From Trinickia mobilis (GTDB lineage: Bacteria > Pseudomonadota > Gammaproteobacteria > Burkholderiales > Burkholderiaceae): DNA of 32,000 bases. Shown here in pieces: positions 8,851-16,211 of this stretch. The notes below the pieces were generated by a model. That model saw nothing but the letters and a program-made list of their open reading frames with translations. It ran no database searches and was not told the origin of the DNA. Made by a program: the position numbers and the translations under genes. The stretch spans positions 1 through 32,000 of the forward strand of contig NZ_JAFLRF010000031.1 in the NCBI RefSeq assembly GCF_017315705.1. Direction: 5' to 3'. The number at the start of each line of letters is the position of its first letter. Position 1 is the first letter of the stretch.

Positions 8851-9603
8851 ATGGACGAACAAGAATTGCGGGCTGCTCAGCGGCAGCTGCTGGAATCGGT
8901 TATCGCGGCAGCGGGGGCAGAGTATAAGACGCTCTCCGATACGTACGAGATGATAGACACCAAGGCTCAGGCGGCAACCACGATTGCAGGGGTGTTCCTA
9001 GCCGCAATGTTTTCTTTAAGTGCCCTTCGTTTCCACGACAGCGTCAGCGCCATTACGATAGGGTGCGTCTTCTTTATTATGCTATTGCTCTTGGCGTGCA
9101 TCGTCTTTGCAATAGCCGCCATGTACACTCGTGAAACAGAAGACCCGCCATGCACGAATCAGTGCCTTCCGGAAGCCGTAAAAGTGTTAGAAACGAAGGA
9201 TATTGCTACGTTTCAAGATGAGCGCTTACGCTTGATGAAAGGCTGGGGAGATGGATGGGTAAGGGCAAACGTTTCTGTTCAAAAGGCTAATGGGGAGAAG
9301 GCAGTTTGGCTGCATCGAGCCCAGCTTACGATACTCGCGGCGGCGTTTATCACCGTCCTCCTCGGGGCACTACTGTTGTTTTTGCCTGCAACACTGATTC
9401 CTGCCAGTGCTACGCCCGCGCAGGTTGCAACGCACGCGCAAGATCAGCCGCAAACCGCACCGAATTCGATTACGATCTCGCCGACCATCACCGTAGACGG
9501 TCAACAAGAGCGCCCGAAGGACCCTCTTGTCCAATGTTGCTGTACGTCAAACGATGCCGCCTCGCATAGCCTGCCGCCCGCTCGTAAAAAGGCTTGTCAC
9601 TAG
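8851..9603 (+). CDS. orphan multi-pass membrane protein (3 predicted TM helices), possible DUF5706/Pycsar-effector-like architecture
   Basis: Strong RBS (AAAGAGGTGAACA-ATG) and locally low GC. N-terminal helix, then the motif MIDTKAQ directly before TM1; TM1/TM2 hairpin; soluble segment; TM3; Pro/Gln-rich tail with a CCC triplet. Confidence 0.7.
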   Translation: MDEQELRAAQRQLLESVIAAAGAEYKTLSDTYEMIDTKAQAATTIAGVFLAAMFSLSALRFHDSVSAITIGCVFFIMLLLLACIVFAIAAMYTRETEDPPCTNQCLPEAVKVLETKDIATFQDERLRLMKGWGDGWVRANVSVQKANGEKAVWLHRAQLTILAAAFITVLLGALLLFLPATLIPASATPAQVATHAQDQPQTAPNSITISPTITVDGQQERPKDPLVQCCCTSNDAASHSLPPARKKACH

Positions 9604-9957
9604 ATAATGGTGCTTGCCAAGGTGCCGCTTGAAGTCCGATTACCGTGGTCTGCCGTAGCCCATTTTGCGAGGAGCACCCACATGATGCCCATCGACGATT
9701 CCGCTGCGGCAGGCGCGCCGTTCAAGACGCAGCCAGTGCAGCCTTCGGACCGTAGCAGGGGGTGCATTCGCATCCCGGTTGCCTCGATGTCGCTGTTCCC
9801 GCCATCAAAGGCCGTGCTGAAAGTCATCTTGCGCGGGTGACCAATCGACGATGAACGCTGGGCCCCCAAGACAGACCCGACAAGCAGCGCTCCGGGAGGA
9901 TCCGCGTTGGAATAGACGCGCTGCGGGAACTCGTGCTCGACAGCGACAGGCTTACCA

Positions 9958-9999
9958 TTGGCCCGGCTGGGATCGAACCAGCAACCCCTGCCTTCGGAG
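9958..9999 (-). other. tRNA 3'-half fragment (anticodon-loop to acceptor end; would be Arg-CCG) = candidate prophage attachment-site core copy
   Basis: Minus strand reads CTCCGAA-GGCAG-GGGTT-GCTGG-TTCGATC-CCAGC-CGGGCCA-A, i.e. anticodon loop, 3' anticodon stem, variable loop, complete T-arm and 3' acceptor strand. No matching 5' anticodon stem, D-arm or 5' acceptor strand lies upstream. Confidence 0.5.
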
Positions 10000-10222
10000 T
10001 TTTGCTGGCGCGCAATACATTCTTATAAATCAAAGCCTTACGCAACTCGCAAACTGCAAAATCAAGTCTCCACAAGGTCATTCAAGGCCAATCCAGCTCG
10101 TTCAAGCTGCAATTTAGCTGCACGGTCGGAAGAGCAACCGCCGCGTAGCTCAACGGGTCCGCGGCCGCCTGTAGTCGCCCAATCCTGTCAACCGTTCACA
10201 CACGGACCCGCGCATCCGTGCG

Positions 10223-10249
10223 TTGACATATGGTGTCAATAGTGACACC
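10223..10249 (+). promoter_or_regulatory. putative hicAB promoter/operator
   Basis: TTGACA at 10223-10228. Overlapping palindromes TGACA-TATGG-TGTCA (10224-10238) and GGTGTCA-ATAG-TGACACC (10232-10249), about 40 nt upstream of hicA. The -10 element is weak. Confidence 0.45.
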
Positions 10250-10287
10250 ATTTCATCACGGCGAACGAACAAAAAATCCTCGAACAA

Positions 10288-10506
10288 ATGCGGCGCGAGC
10301 CAGCGAATGTGCGGTTCAACGATCTGTACAAGGTCTGCGAGGCGCACTTCGGGAAAGCCCGCCAATCCGGCTCCAGTCACGCGATCTTCAAGACACCGTG
10401 GCAAGGGGACCCCCGAGTGAACATTCAGAACGATCGCGGCAAGGCCAAGGCGTACCAAGTTCGGCAGGTCCTCGAAGCGATCGACAGACTGAAGGAGAAG
10501 AAGTAA
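10288..10506 (+). CDS. hicA: HicA-family type II toxin (mRNA interferase-like)
   Basis: 72 aa. GSSHAIFKTP...VNIQNDRGKAKAYQVRQVLEAI pattern typical of HicA/YcfA toxins. Stop overlaps the hicB start (TAATG). Confidence 0.7.
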   Translation: MRREPANVRFNDLYKVCEAHFGKARQSGSSHAIFKTPWQGDPRVNIQNDRGKAKAYQVRQVLEAIDRLKEKK

Positions 10507-10829
10507 TGACCCAAGACCACTTTACGTACCGCGTAACGTGGTCCCCGGAGGACGGGGAGCACGTTGGTCTCTGCGCGGAATTTCCGTCCCTTTCGTGGCT
10601 CGACGCGACACCGGAAGGTGCGTTGGCCGGTATTCGGCGGGTTGTCGCCGACGTCGTGCGCGATATGGTCGAAAACGGCGAAAAGGTACCTGAGCCGATC
10701 GCCGATCGCACGTATAGCGGCGAGTTCAAGGTTCGGATTCCGCCGCAAGCGCACCGCGCGTTGGTTATACAGGCGGCCGAGCAAGGGGTAAGCCTGAATC
10801 GCCTTGCGAGCGCGAAGCTCTGCGCCTAA
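10506..10829 (+). CDS. hicB: HicB-family antitoxin with C-terminal ribbon-helix-helix
   Basis: MTQDHFTYRVTWSPEDGEHVGLCAEFPSLSWLDATPEGAL... (HicB fold) plus FKVRIPPQAHRALVIQAAEQGVSLNRLASAKL (RHH). Internal start within ORF 10230..10829. Confidence 0.85.
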   Translation: MTQDHFTYRVTWSPEDGEHVGLCAEFPSLSWLDATPEGALAGIRRVVADVVRDMVENGEKVPEPIADRTYSGEFKVRIPPQAHRALVIQAAEQGVSLNRLASAKLCA

Positions 10830-11140
10830 CGCCACACCTTTTGGCCGCAGGCATGGGGCGCCCGGCTTCCAGTATGGGGCCGGGCGTTCGCATGTGCGCG
10901 CGCCGAAGTGGCCGCGCGATCGATCGCGCGCAGGCCGTCCGCGCTTCGGGCCGGGAAATCCGGGCGCGAACCGACACTGCGGTCGGCTTTCTGGAAAAGT
11001 CCCGGTAGCGTTGCATCAATCCGCACTCACACGCATCAAAACGCGCGACTTTTTCGGCACCGGAAACGCCCGGAAATCCGTGCCACAAGGACCGGCAGGC
11101 CAGGTGGGTGGGTGCACCAAAACCACCCTCTCAAGCAAAG

Positions 11141-11260
11141 CCCGCAGGCGGGGAGGGGACTGCAATTTTGGGGGCATGGGGTCGGGTGCCCGCCCGGCCT
11201 GGCACCCCCGATCAGAAGTGGGTGCCGCCTCGCGGGAATACAGGCGCGTGGCGGGCCTCG
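11141..11260. other. candidate cos region (cohesive-end site) of the prophage
   Basis: CAGGCGGGGAGGGGAC (11145-11160) shares AGGCGGGGA with the P2 cohesive end GGCGAGGCGGGGAAAGCAC as I recall it. A second GCGTGGCGGG element lies near 11236-11247 (186-like). Sits in a 550-bp non-coding GC-rich tract on the Q side, as in P2. Confidence 0.25.
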
Positions 11261-11337
11261 TGACGGTGGCGGAGTGCCCGGCGGGTGTGCTGGCCCGCGC
11301 ATCAACTGTGCAACGCCATGCTGAGAAGTGTCTTGCC

Positions 11338-11374
11338 GTCAACTGCAGTTGACATAGCGTGATCTATAGATCAC
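11338..11374 (+). promoter_or_regulatory. twin perfect 16-bp palindromes (operator candidates) upstream of the killer/antidote pair
   Basis: GTCAACTGCAGTTGAC (11338-11353, contains TTGACA at 11349-11354) and GTGATCTATAGATCAC (11359-11374). The ATG at 11384 has no obvious SD. Confidence 0.5.
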
Positions 11375-11383
11375 ACTTACCCC

Positions 11384-11683
11384 ATGCTGAACATCCGCAC
11401 AACCGAAGTATTCGACACATGGTTCGACGGCCTGCGCGACCGCATCGCCAAGCGCCGCATCCAGGCGCGCATCGATCGGCTCGCGATGGGAAATCCGGGC
11501 GATTGGAAGTCGGCGGGCTCACCGGTCGTAGAGATGCGTATCGACCACGGCCCCGGCTACCGGGTCTACTACGTTCAGAGAGGATCTGTGTTGGTCATCC
11601 TGCTGTGCGGCGGCGATAAATCGACACAGGAGACCGATATCCGCGCAGCTCACAAGATGCTCGCGCACCTTGATACGGAGTAA
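11384..11683 (+). CDS. RelE/ParE-superfamily 'addiction module killer' toxin
   Basis: 99 aa. ...RIDRLAMGNPGDWKSAGSPVVEMRIDHGPGYRVYYVQRGSVLVILLCGGDKSTQETDIRAA matches the remembered addiction-module-killer signature (GPGYRvY...GGdKstQ..DI). Confidence 0.9.
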   Translation: MLNIRTTEVFDTWFDGLRDRIAKRRIQARIDRLAMGNPGDWKSAGSPVVEMRIDHGPGYRVYYVQRGSVLVILLCGGDKSTQETDIRAAHKMLAHLDTE

Positions 11684-11690
11684 ATGATCT

Positions 11691-11990
11691 ATGGACAAGA
11701 TCAAGACCCGGCCGTGGGATTCGGCCGAGCACCTGAAAACGGAAGACGACATTGCCGACTACTTCGAAGCCTGCCTGCTGGAGGGCGGCGACGATCCGGC
11801 ATTCATCGCGCACGCGCTAGGCGTGATCGCACGTGCGCGCGGAATGTCTCAGGTGGCGCGCGATGCGGGGATCTCGCGCGAAGGGCTGTATAAGGCGTTG
11901 TCGGCCGAAGGCAATCCGAGCTTCGGCACCATCCTGAAGGTGATCAAGGCGCTCGGCCTGCAACTGCACGGGTCGAAAGCGCCTGCATGA
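11691..11990 (+). CDS. HTH 'addiction module antidote' antitoxin
   Basis: 99 aa. ...HALGVIARARGMSQVARDAGISREGLYKALSAEGNPSFGTILKVIKALGLQL matches the remembered antidote family signature. Starts 7 nt after the toxin gene. Confidence 0.9.
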   Translation: MDKIKTRPWDSAEHLKTEDDIADYFEACLLEGGDDPAFIAHALGVIARARGMSQVARDAGISREGLYKALSAEGNPSFGTILKVIKALGLQLHGSKAPA

Positions 11991-12052
11991 TGGCTGCCCC
12001 GAGTCGCAGCGGCCTCGGCGGCGGCCAACCGCGCGAGCGCCGGCCGGCCTCG

Positions 12053-12190
12053 ATATCCCTCCCTCTCACCGCGTTAGCGGGTCGAAGCGCCGTCCCCCAG
12101 CGCGTCACCGACGCCCGGCACATTATTTCGATGAGGAAGCCAAATGAACGCGAGAAAAAGCGCTTTGCACAGCGACTTGGCGAAGGCTGA
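12053..12190 (+). pseudogene. probable remnant of a BrnT (DUF497) toxin gene, C-terminal part only
   Basis: In the frame of ORF 11987..12190, the C-terminus ...AVPQRVTDARHIISMRKPNEREKKRF resembles the conserved BrnT C-terminus (..RIISaRkA.k.Er..Y). No N-terminal half is present, and it sits directly upstream of and overlapping brnA. Confidence 0.4.
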
Positions 12191-12449
12191 CGCCAGCGGC
12201 GTCACATCCGCCGACTTTGACGAAATCCCGGAACTCGACGACGACTTCTTCGAACGCGCGGACGAGTATCACGCCGGCGAGCTCGTGAAGCGGGGGCGCG
12301 GCCGGCCCGCGGGTTCGAAGAAGGCGCAGATGAATCTGCGTATTGATATTGACGTGATCGAAGCCTACAAGGCGCAGGGCGATGGCTGGCAGACGCGAAC
12401 GAACGACGCGCTGCGAGACTGGGCGAAAACGCACGGCATGATGCGTTAA
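12144..12449 (+). CDS. brnA: BrnA-family antitoxin
   Basis: 101 aa. ...RGRGRPAGSKKAQMNLRIDIDVIEAYKAQGDGWQTRTNDALRDW matches the BrnA signature (GRP...v.lRld.dvl..fk..G.GyQtriN..Lr). Its stop overlaps the convergent portal stop (TTAA). Confidence 0.8.
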   Translation: MNARKSALHSDLAKADASGVTSADFDEIPELDDDFFERADEYHAGELVKRGRGRPAGSKKAQMNLRIDIDVIEAYKAQGDGWQTRTNDALRDWAKTHGMMR

Positions 12450-13450
12450 GCGGCCACAGGCGCCGGCGGAATCTCGTAGTCGTCGAACTGGACGACCTCT
12501 TCGCCGAGCCACTCGTTCAACTCGGCAAAGCGGGTCTGCAGCGGCTTGATTTCGTTGCGCCCGAACACGCGCGCAGCCGTGTCCGGCGTGCCGAATCCGC
12601 CCGAGTTGCTCGGCACGATGCCGAGCAGTTGCGGCGGCACCCGGTGCGCGGCGAGCAGGTCGTCGCGCGTGACGTTCTTGATGTTGAAGAACTCGTCTTT
12701 CGCGGCGACCTCGGACACCGGAATGAGCTGGATCCCATCCTTCTTCCCGTTCGGCGCGTACATGAACACGTTGCGGAAATTGCCCGGCCCCTTCGCGTTC
12801 TTCAACGCTTCGCGCATCGTGTCGACGTCCTGCTGGTTCTGCGCAGCGTCCGTCATGTACAGGATGAAACCGGCGTGACTGCCGTTCTCGTAATACTTTC
12901 GCCGGAACAGCGTCGAAGCCTCGTTCAGCCAGGCCGAGTGAAGCGAACTGAGGTACTCGGGCAGCCCGTACACCTCCTGGTTGATGTCCGGCCGCACGAG
13001 CTGGAAGATGCTGCCGGGCTCGAACGCGTGCCGGTCCTGCCAGCCATTGACGTACACGAAGCCGCTGAAGTCTGCCTTGCGCCGCGTGTACTTTGCCAGG
13101 GCGGGCTCGAACCGCAGCGTGCCGCCAAGCTGATTCGCGCGACGCTCGAGGTAGCCGTTGCCGAACGTCAGGAAATCGAGCGCCCATCGTTCGAAGGCAT
13201 GCCGCGACAGCCATTTGTGCGGGCGGAACGTCGACGCGAGCACGTTCGCCTTGAAGTACAGCGCCGAGCTGTGGTGCGTGCTCGCGCGGAACGACTTCGC
13301 CAGGCCCGCGAAGCTCACGGGCGGCTCGAACCAGTCGCCGTTCGACCAGCATTCAACGTAGTCGAGAATCTCGGCCCGGTTCATCACCGGCGTGGGATCG
13401 TCGAAGGTGAAGACCTCGGTGCGCGACGCGCGCGATCGGCGCTTGCTCAT
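12446..13450 (-). CDS. Q: phage portal protein (P2 gpQ-like)
   Basis: ORF 12446..13531. The ATG at 13450 (MSKRRSRASRTEVFTFDDPTPVMNRAEILDY...) overlaps the terminase stop (ATGA). About 334 aa versus about 344 aa for P2 Q. Position and orientation as in P2. Confidence 0.95.
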   Translation of the reverse strand: MSKRRSRASRTEVFTFDDPTPVMNRAEILDYVECWSNGDWFEPPVSFAGLAKSFRASTHHSSALYFKANVLASTFRPHKWLSRHAFERWALDFLTFGNGYLERRANQLGGTLRFEPALAKYTRRKADFSGFVYVNGWQDRHAFEPGSIFQLVRPDINQEVYGLPEYLSSLHSAWLNEASTLFRRKYYENGSHAGFILYMTDAAQNQQDVDTMREALKNAKGPGNFRNVFMYAPNGKKDGIQLIPVSEVAAKDEFFNIKNVTRDDLLAAHRVPPQLLGIVPSNSGGFGTPDTAARVFGRNEIKPLQTRFAELNEWLGEEVVQFDDYEIPPAPVAA

Positions 13451-15216
13451 GAATAGAACTCCGTGAAAGATGAAGAATTGACGCCGCCGCCGGCAAGCGG
13501 CTCGCGATCGATTGCGTGCAGGCAGGCCCACGCCAGATCGGCGTGGCCGGTCTCGACGTTTCGGTCGGCCGCGAACGTCGACTGCCGACCGCTCGCCGTC
13601 ATGGTCTGCTTGATCGCCATGAACGCTGCGGCCAGGTCGGTCCAGCCGGCGTCGAATTGCAGCCGGCCGTTGCGGATCACCGACTGGCCCTTCAGCACGA
13701 GGCGAGTTTTCACCTCGGGCGAATAGTTCAGCGCGACCACAGCCGGGTAGAACTTGCGCACGAGCTGATAGACGCCCTGCCCCATGCCCGTCGTGTCGAT
13801 CGCTATGTAGCCGACGTTGTAGCGCTGCGTGATCTGCTCGATTGCCGCCGCCTGCTCCTCGAAGTCGTTGCCGCGGAACTGGTGACGCTCGAGCACGCGG
13901 AACGGCCCGCCCTCAACGCGCGGCGGCGCCACGACGACGAGCCCGGCCGAGTCGCCCGTGAGCGCCGGGTCGTAGCCGACCCACACCTCGCGATAGCCGA
14001 ACGGGCGCAACAGCAGCGGCGAGAAGTCATCGGACCATTCCTCCCACGAGTCGACCATGCAGCGCTGCAGCTCGGCCAGCTTGAACACCGACACCGAGTC
14101 GTCGATGAACTGGCACATCAGCAGGTTCGCGAACTCTTCCGGGCTGTACCGCCGCCGCAGGTCCGCCAAATCGAACAGGCTGCAACCGCCCGCGATCGCG
14201 TCCAACACCGTGACGACCTGGCGCCACTGCTCGTCCGCGCACAACCCGCCAGCCGCGAGCGCCTCGTGGCTCGTGTCGATCTGGATGCGGTCGCCCGCGG
14301 CGCGGCCGCGGTTCACGTGCGCACCGCTCCAGAATGCATACGCCTCGTGCGTGATACTCGACGGCGTGCTGAAGTAGGTCATGCGCCAGTGCTTGTGCAT
14401 CGCCATGCCCGACGCGACCTTGTTCAGCTCGCGGAACTTCGGCACCCAGAAGTACTCGTCGAAATAGAAGTTGCCGTGGTACGACTGCGCGGTACGCGCG
14501 TTCGTCCCCAGGAAATACAGCAAGGCGCCGTTCGGCAGCAGGATCGGATCGCCCGTCAGCTCGACGTCGGCCGCCTCGCGCGCGAGTTGCAGAATGTAGT
14601 GCTTGAAGACGTGCGCCTGCGCTTTGCTGGCCGACAGAAAAATCTGGTTGCGCCCCGTGTCTAGCGCGTCGACGAGTGCCTCGCGCGCGAAATAGAATGT
14701 CGCGCCGATCTGCCGCGACTTCAGGATGTTGCGCGTGCGCTGATCGCCGTTGCGGTACCAGACCTTCTGATAGTCGAAGAGCGATTCGCGGAACGCCGTC
14801 ACGATCCGCTCGTGCTGTTCCTCGCTGATATCGTTGCGCGGCGGCCGCCGCTTCGGCCCCGCGTTGCGCGCGGCGATATTCGGATTGAGGTCGCCCTCCT
14901 TCCCCGTCTCGCCGTACTTGCGCACGCGCGCCAGCCGCTCAACCTGCCGGCCGAGCAGGTCGATTTCCTTGTAGTCCGCGCCGTCCTTCTTGTCCTTCGC
15001 GATGAGGACCATCAGGCGCGTCTCGAGCGACGCCTCAATGCGCTCGACAGGCGTAGCGTCCTTCCACTTGTCGCGGCGACACCAGGACGCCACCGTCGCC
15101 GGCTTCAGTTCGAGATGCCGCGCGATCGACGTGATGCGCCAGCCTTGCCAGTAGAGCGAACGCGCGATCTTGCGCACGTCCGCTTCGCGTTGATTGGGGT
15201 CCGTCGTGTTGAGCAT
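13447..15216 (-). CDS. P: terminase large (ATPase) subunit (P2 gpP-like)
   Basis: Internal ATG at 15216 (MLNTTDPNQREADVRKIARSLYWQGWRITSIARHLELKPATVASWCRRDKW...) gives 589 aa, the size of P2 gpP. The upstream 150 codons of track ORF 13447..15675 look non-coding. Confidence 0.95.
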   Translation of the reverse strand: MLNTTDPNQREADVRKIARSLYWQGWRITSIARHLELKPATVASWCRRDKWKDATPVERIEASLETRLMVLIAKDKKDGADYKEIDLLGRQVERLARVRKYGETGKEGDLNPNIAARNAGPKRRPPRNDISEEQHERIVTAFRESLFDYQKVWYRNGDQRTRNILKSRQIGATFYFAREALVDALDTGRNQIFLSASKAQAHVFKHYILQLAREAADVELTGDPILLPNGALLYFLGTNARTAQSYHGNFYFDEYFWVPKFRELNKVASGMAMHKHWRMTYFSTPSSITHEAYAFWSGAHVNRGRAAGDRIQIDTSHEALAAGGLCADEQWRQVVTVLDAIAGGCSLFDLADLRRRYSPEEFANLLMCQFIDDSVSVFKLAELQRCMVDSWEEWSDDFSPLLLRPFGYREVWVGYDPALTGDSAGLVVVAPPRVEGGPFRVLERHQFRGNDFEEQAAAIEQITQRYNVGYIAIDTTGMGQGVYQLVRKFYPAVVALNYSPEVKTRLVLKGQSVIRNGRLQFDAGWTDLAAAFMAIKQTMTASGRQSTFAADRNVETGHADLAWACLHAIDREPLAGGGVNSSSFTEFYS

Positions 15217-15360
15217 GCGGCAAGCGTAGGGCGCCGCGCACGCGCGAGCACGCGGAGCCGTACGTCCCCGCGCGAGTGACGCACGCCGTTCGTTGAGCCC
15301 TGGCGCGCGAAGTTCGAACATGAGCACCACATTCACTGACCTACGGTTCGACACCTCGCT

Positions 15361-16176
15361 ATGGCAAGCAACACGAAATCGAAATTCTTCCGCGTCGCGG
15401 TGGAAGGTGCGACCGTCGACGGTCGCGAGATCAAGCGCGACTGGCTCACGCAGATGGCGAAGCACTACAACCCCGAGCTGTACGGCGCCCGCGTGAACAT
15501 CGAGCACATCAAGGGCTGGGCGCCACTGTCGAACGCCAACCCGTTCGGCTCCTATGGTGATGTACTGGCGCTCACGGCAAGCGAGATCGAAGATGGGCCG
15601 CTGAAGGGGAAGATGGCGCTGTACGCGCAAATCGATCCGACCGACGACATGCTCGCGCTCTCGAAGAAGCGCCAAAAGATCTACACGTCGGTCGAAGTCA
15701 ATCCGTCGTTCGCGGACAGCGGCGAGGCCTATCTTGTCGGCCTGGCCGCGACCGACGATCCGGCAAGCCTCGGCACCGAAGCGTTGCAGTTCGCCGCGAA
15801 GCGCTCAAACAATCTCTTCTCGGCAGCGTGTGAGACGTCGATCGAATTCGACGGCGAACCCGAATCGCCCAGCCTGCTGTCCATCGTGAAGGGCATGTTC
15901 GCGCGCACCAAAGCGACCGACGAACAGCGATACCAAGACGCTCGTCGCGCCGTCGAAGAGGTCGCCGATTTCGCAAGCAAACAGGATCGTGCCGTGGCCG
16001 CGCTGCGCACTGACCTCACCGCCACGCAGCAGGACGCCGCCAATGCTAAGAAGCGCGCCGACGAGGCTGTCGCCGCCGTCGAAGCGCTGACCGCGAAGCT
16101 ATCGAACACCGACAACGGCGCACCGCGGCGGCAGCCGTCGACCGGCTCGACCGGCGAGCTCGTAACCGACTGCTGA
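15361..16176 (+). CDS. O: capsid scaffolding protein (P2 gpO-like)
   Basis: MASNTKSKFFRVAVEGATVDGREI... aligns with the P2 gpO N-terminus (MAKKVSKFFRIGVEGDTCDGRVI). Divergent from P/Q as in P2. Confidence 0.9.
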   Translation: MASNTKSKFFRVAVEGATVDGREIKRDWLTQMAKHYNPELYGARVNIEHIKGWAPLSNANPFGSYGDVLALTASEIEDGPLKGKMALYAQIDPTDDMLALSKKRQKIYTSVEVNPSFADSGEAYLVGLAATDDPASLGTEALQFAAKRSNNLFSAACETSIEFDGEPESPSLLSIVKGMFARTKATDEQRYQDARRAVEEVADFASKQDRAVAALRTDLTATQQDAANAKKRADEAVAAVEALTAKLSNTDNGAPRRQPSTGSTGELVTDC

Positions 16177-16211
16177 CCCCTTCCACGCTCTCACCCCGGA
16201 GAACCCACCTC

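Noticed and set aside
9600-9869. 89-aa minus-strand ORF convergent with the membrane-protein gene
   Set aside because: No RBS, no motif, odd composition, and an overlap with the neighbouring stop. There is not enough evidence to call it a gene.
9958-10040. An intact tRNA gene
   Set aside because: Only the anticodon loop to 3' acceptor strand is present. The 5 nt preceding the loop (CAAAA) cannot pair with GGCAG, and no D-arm or complementary 5' acceptor strand (TGGCCCG) exists upstream.
10804-11352. ORFs of 66-182 aa on both strands in the hicB-to-killer gap
   Set aside because: None has an RBS, a plausible composition or a recognisable motif, and several mutually overlap. I treat the region as non-coding (candidate cos or structured DNA).
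12446-12449. Overlapping convergent stop codons of brnA and the portal gene (TTAA)
   Set aside because: The overlap is real, but it is a trivial consequence of tight packing and gives no evidence of a regulatory role.
15217-15675. N-terminal 150-codon extension of the terminase ORF (track ORF 13447..15675)
   Set aside because: The extension crosses the divergent P/O promoter region and overlaps the scaffold gene start. Its translation is junk-like. The ATG at 15216 gives a protein starting MLNTTDPNQ... of P2 gpP size.
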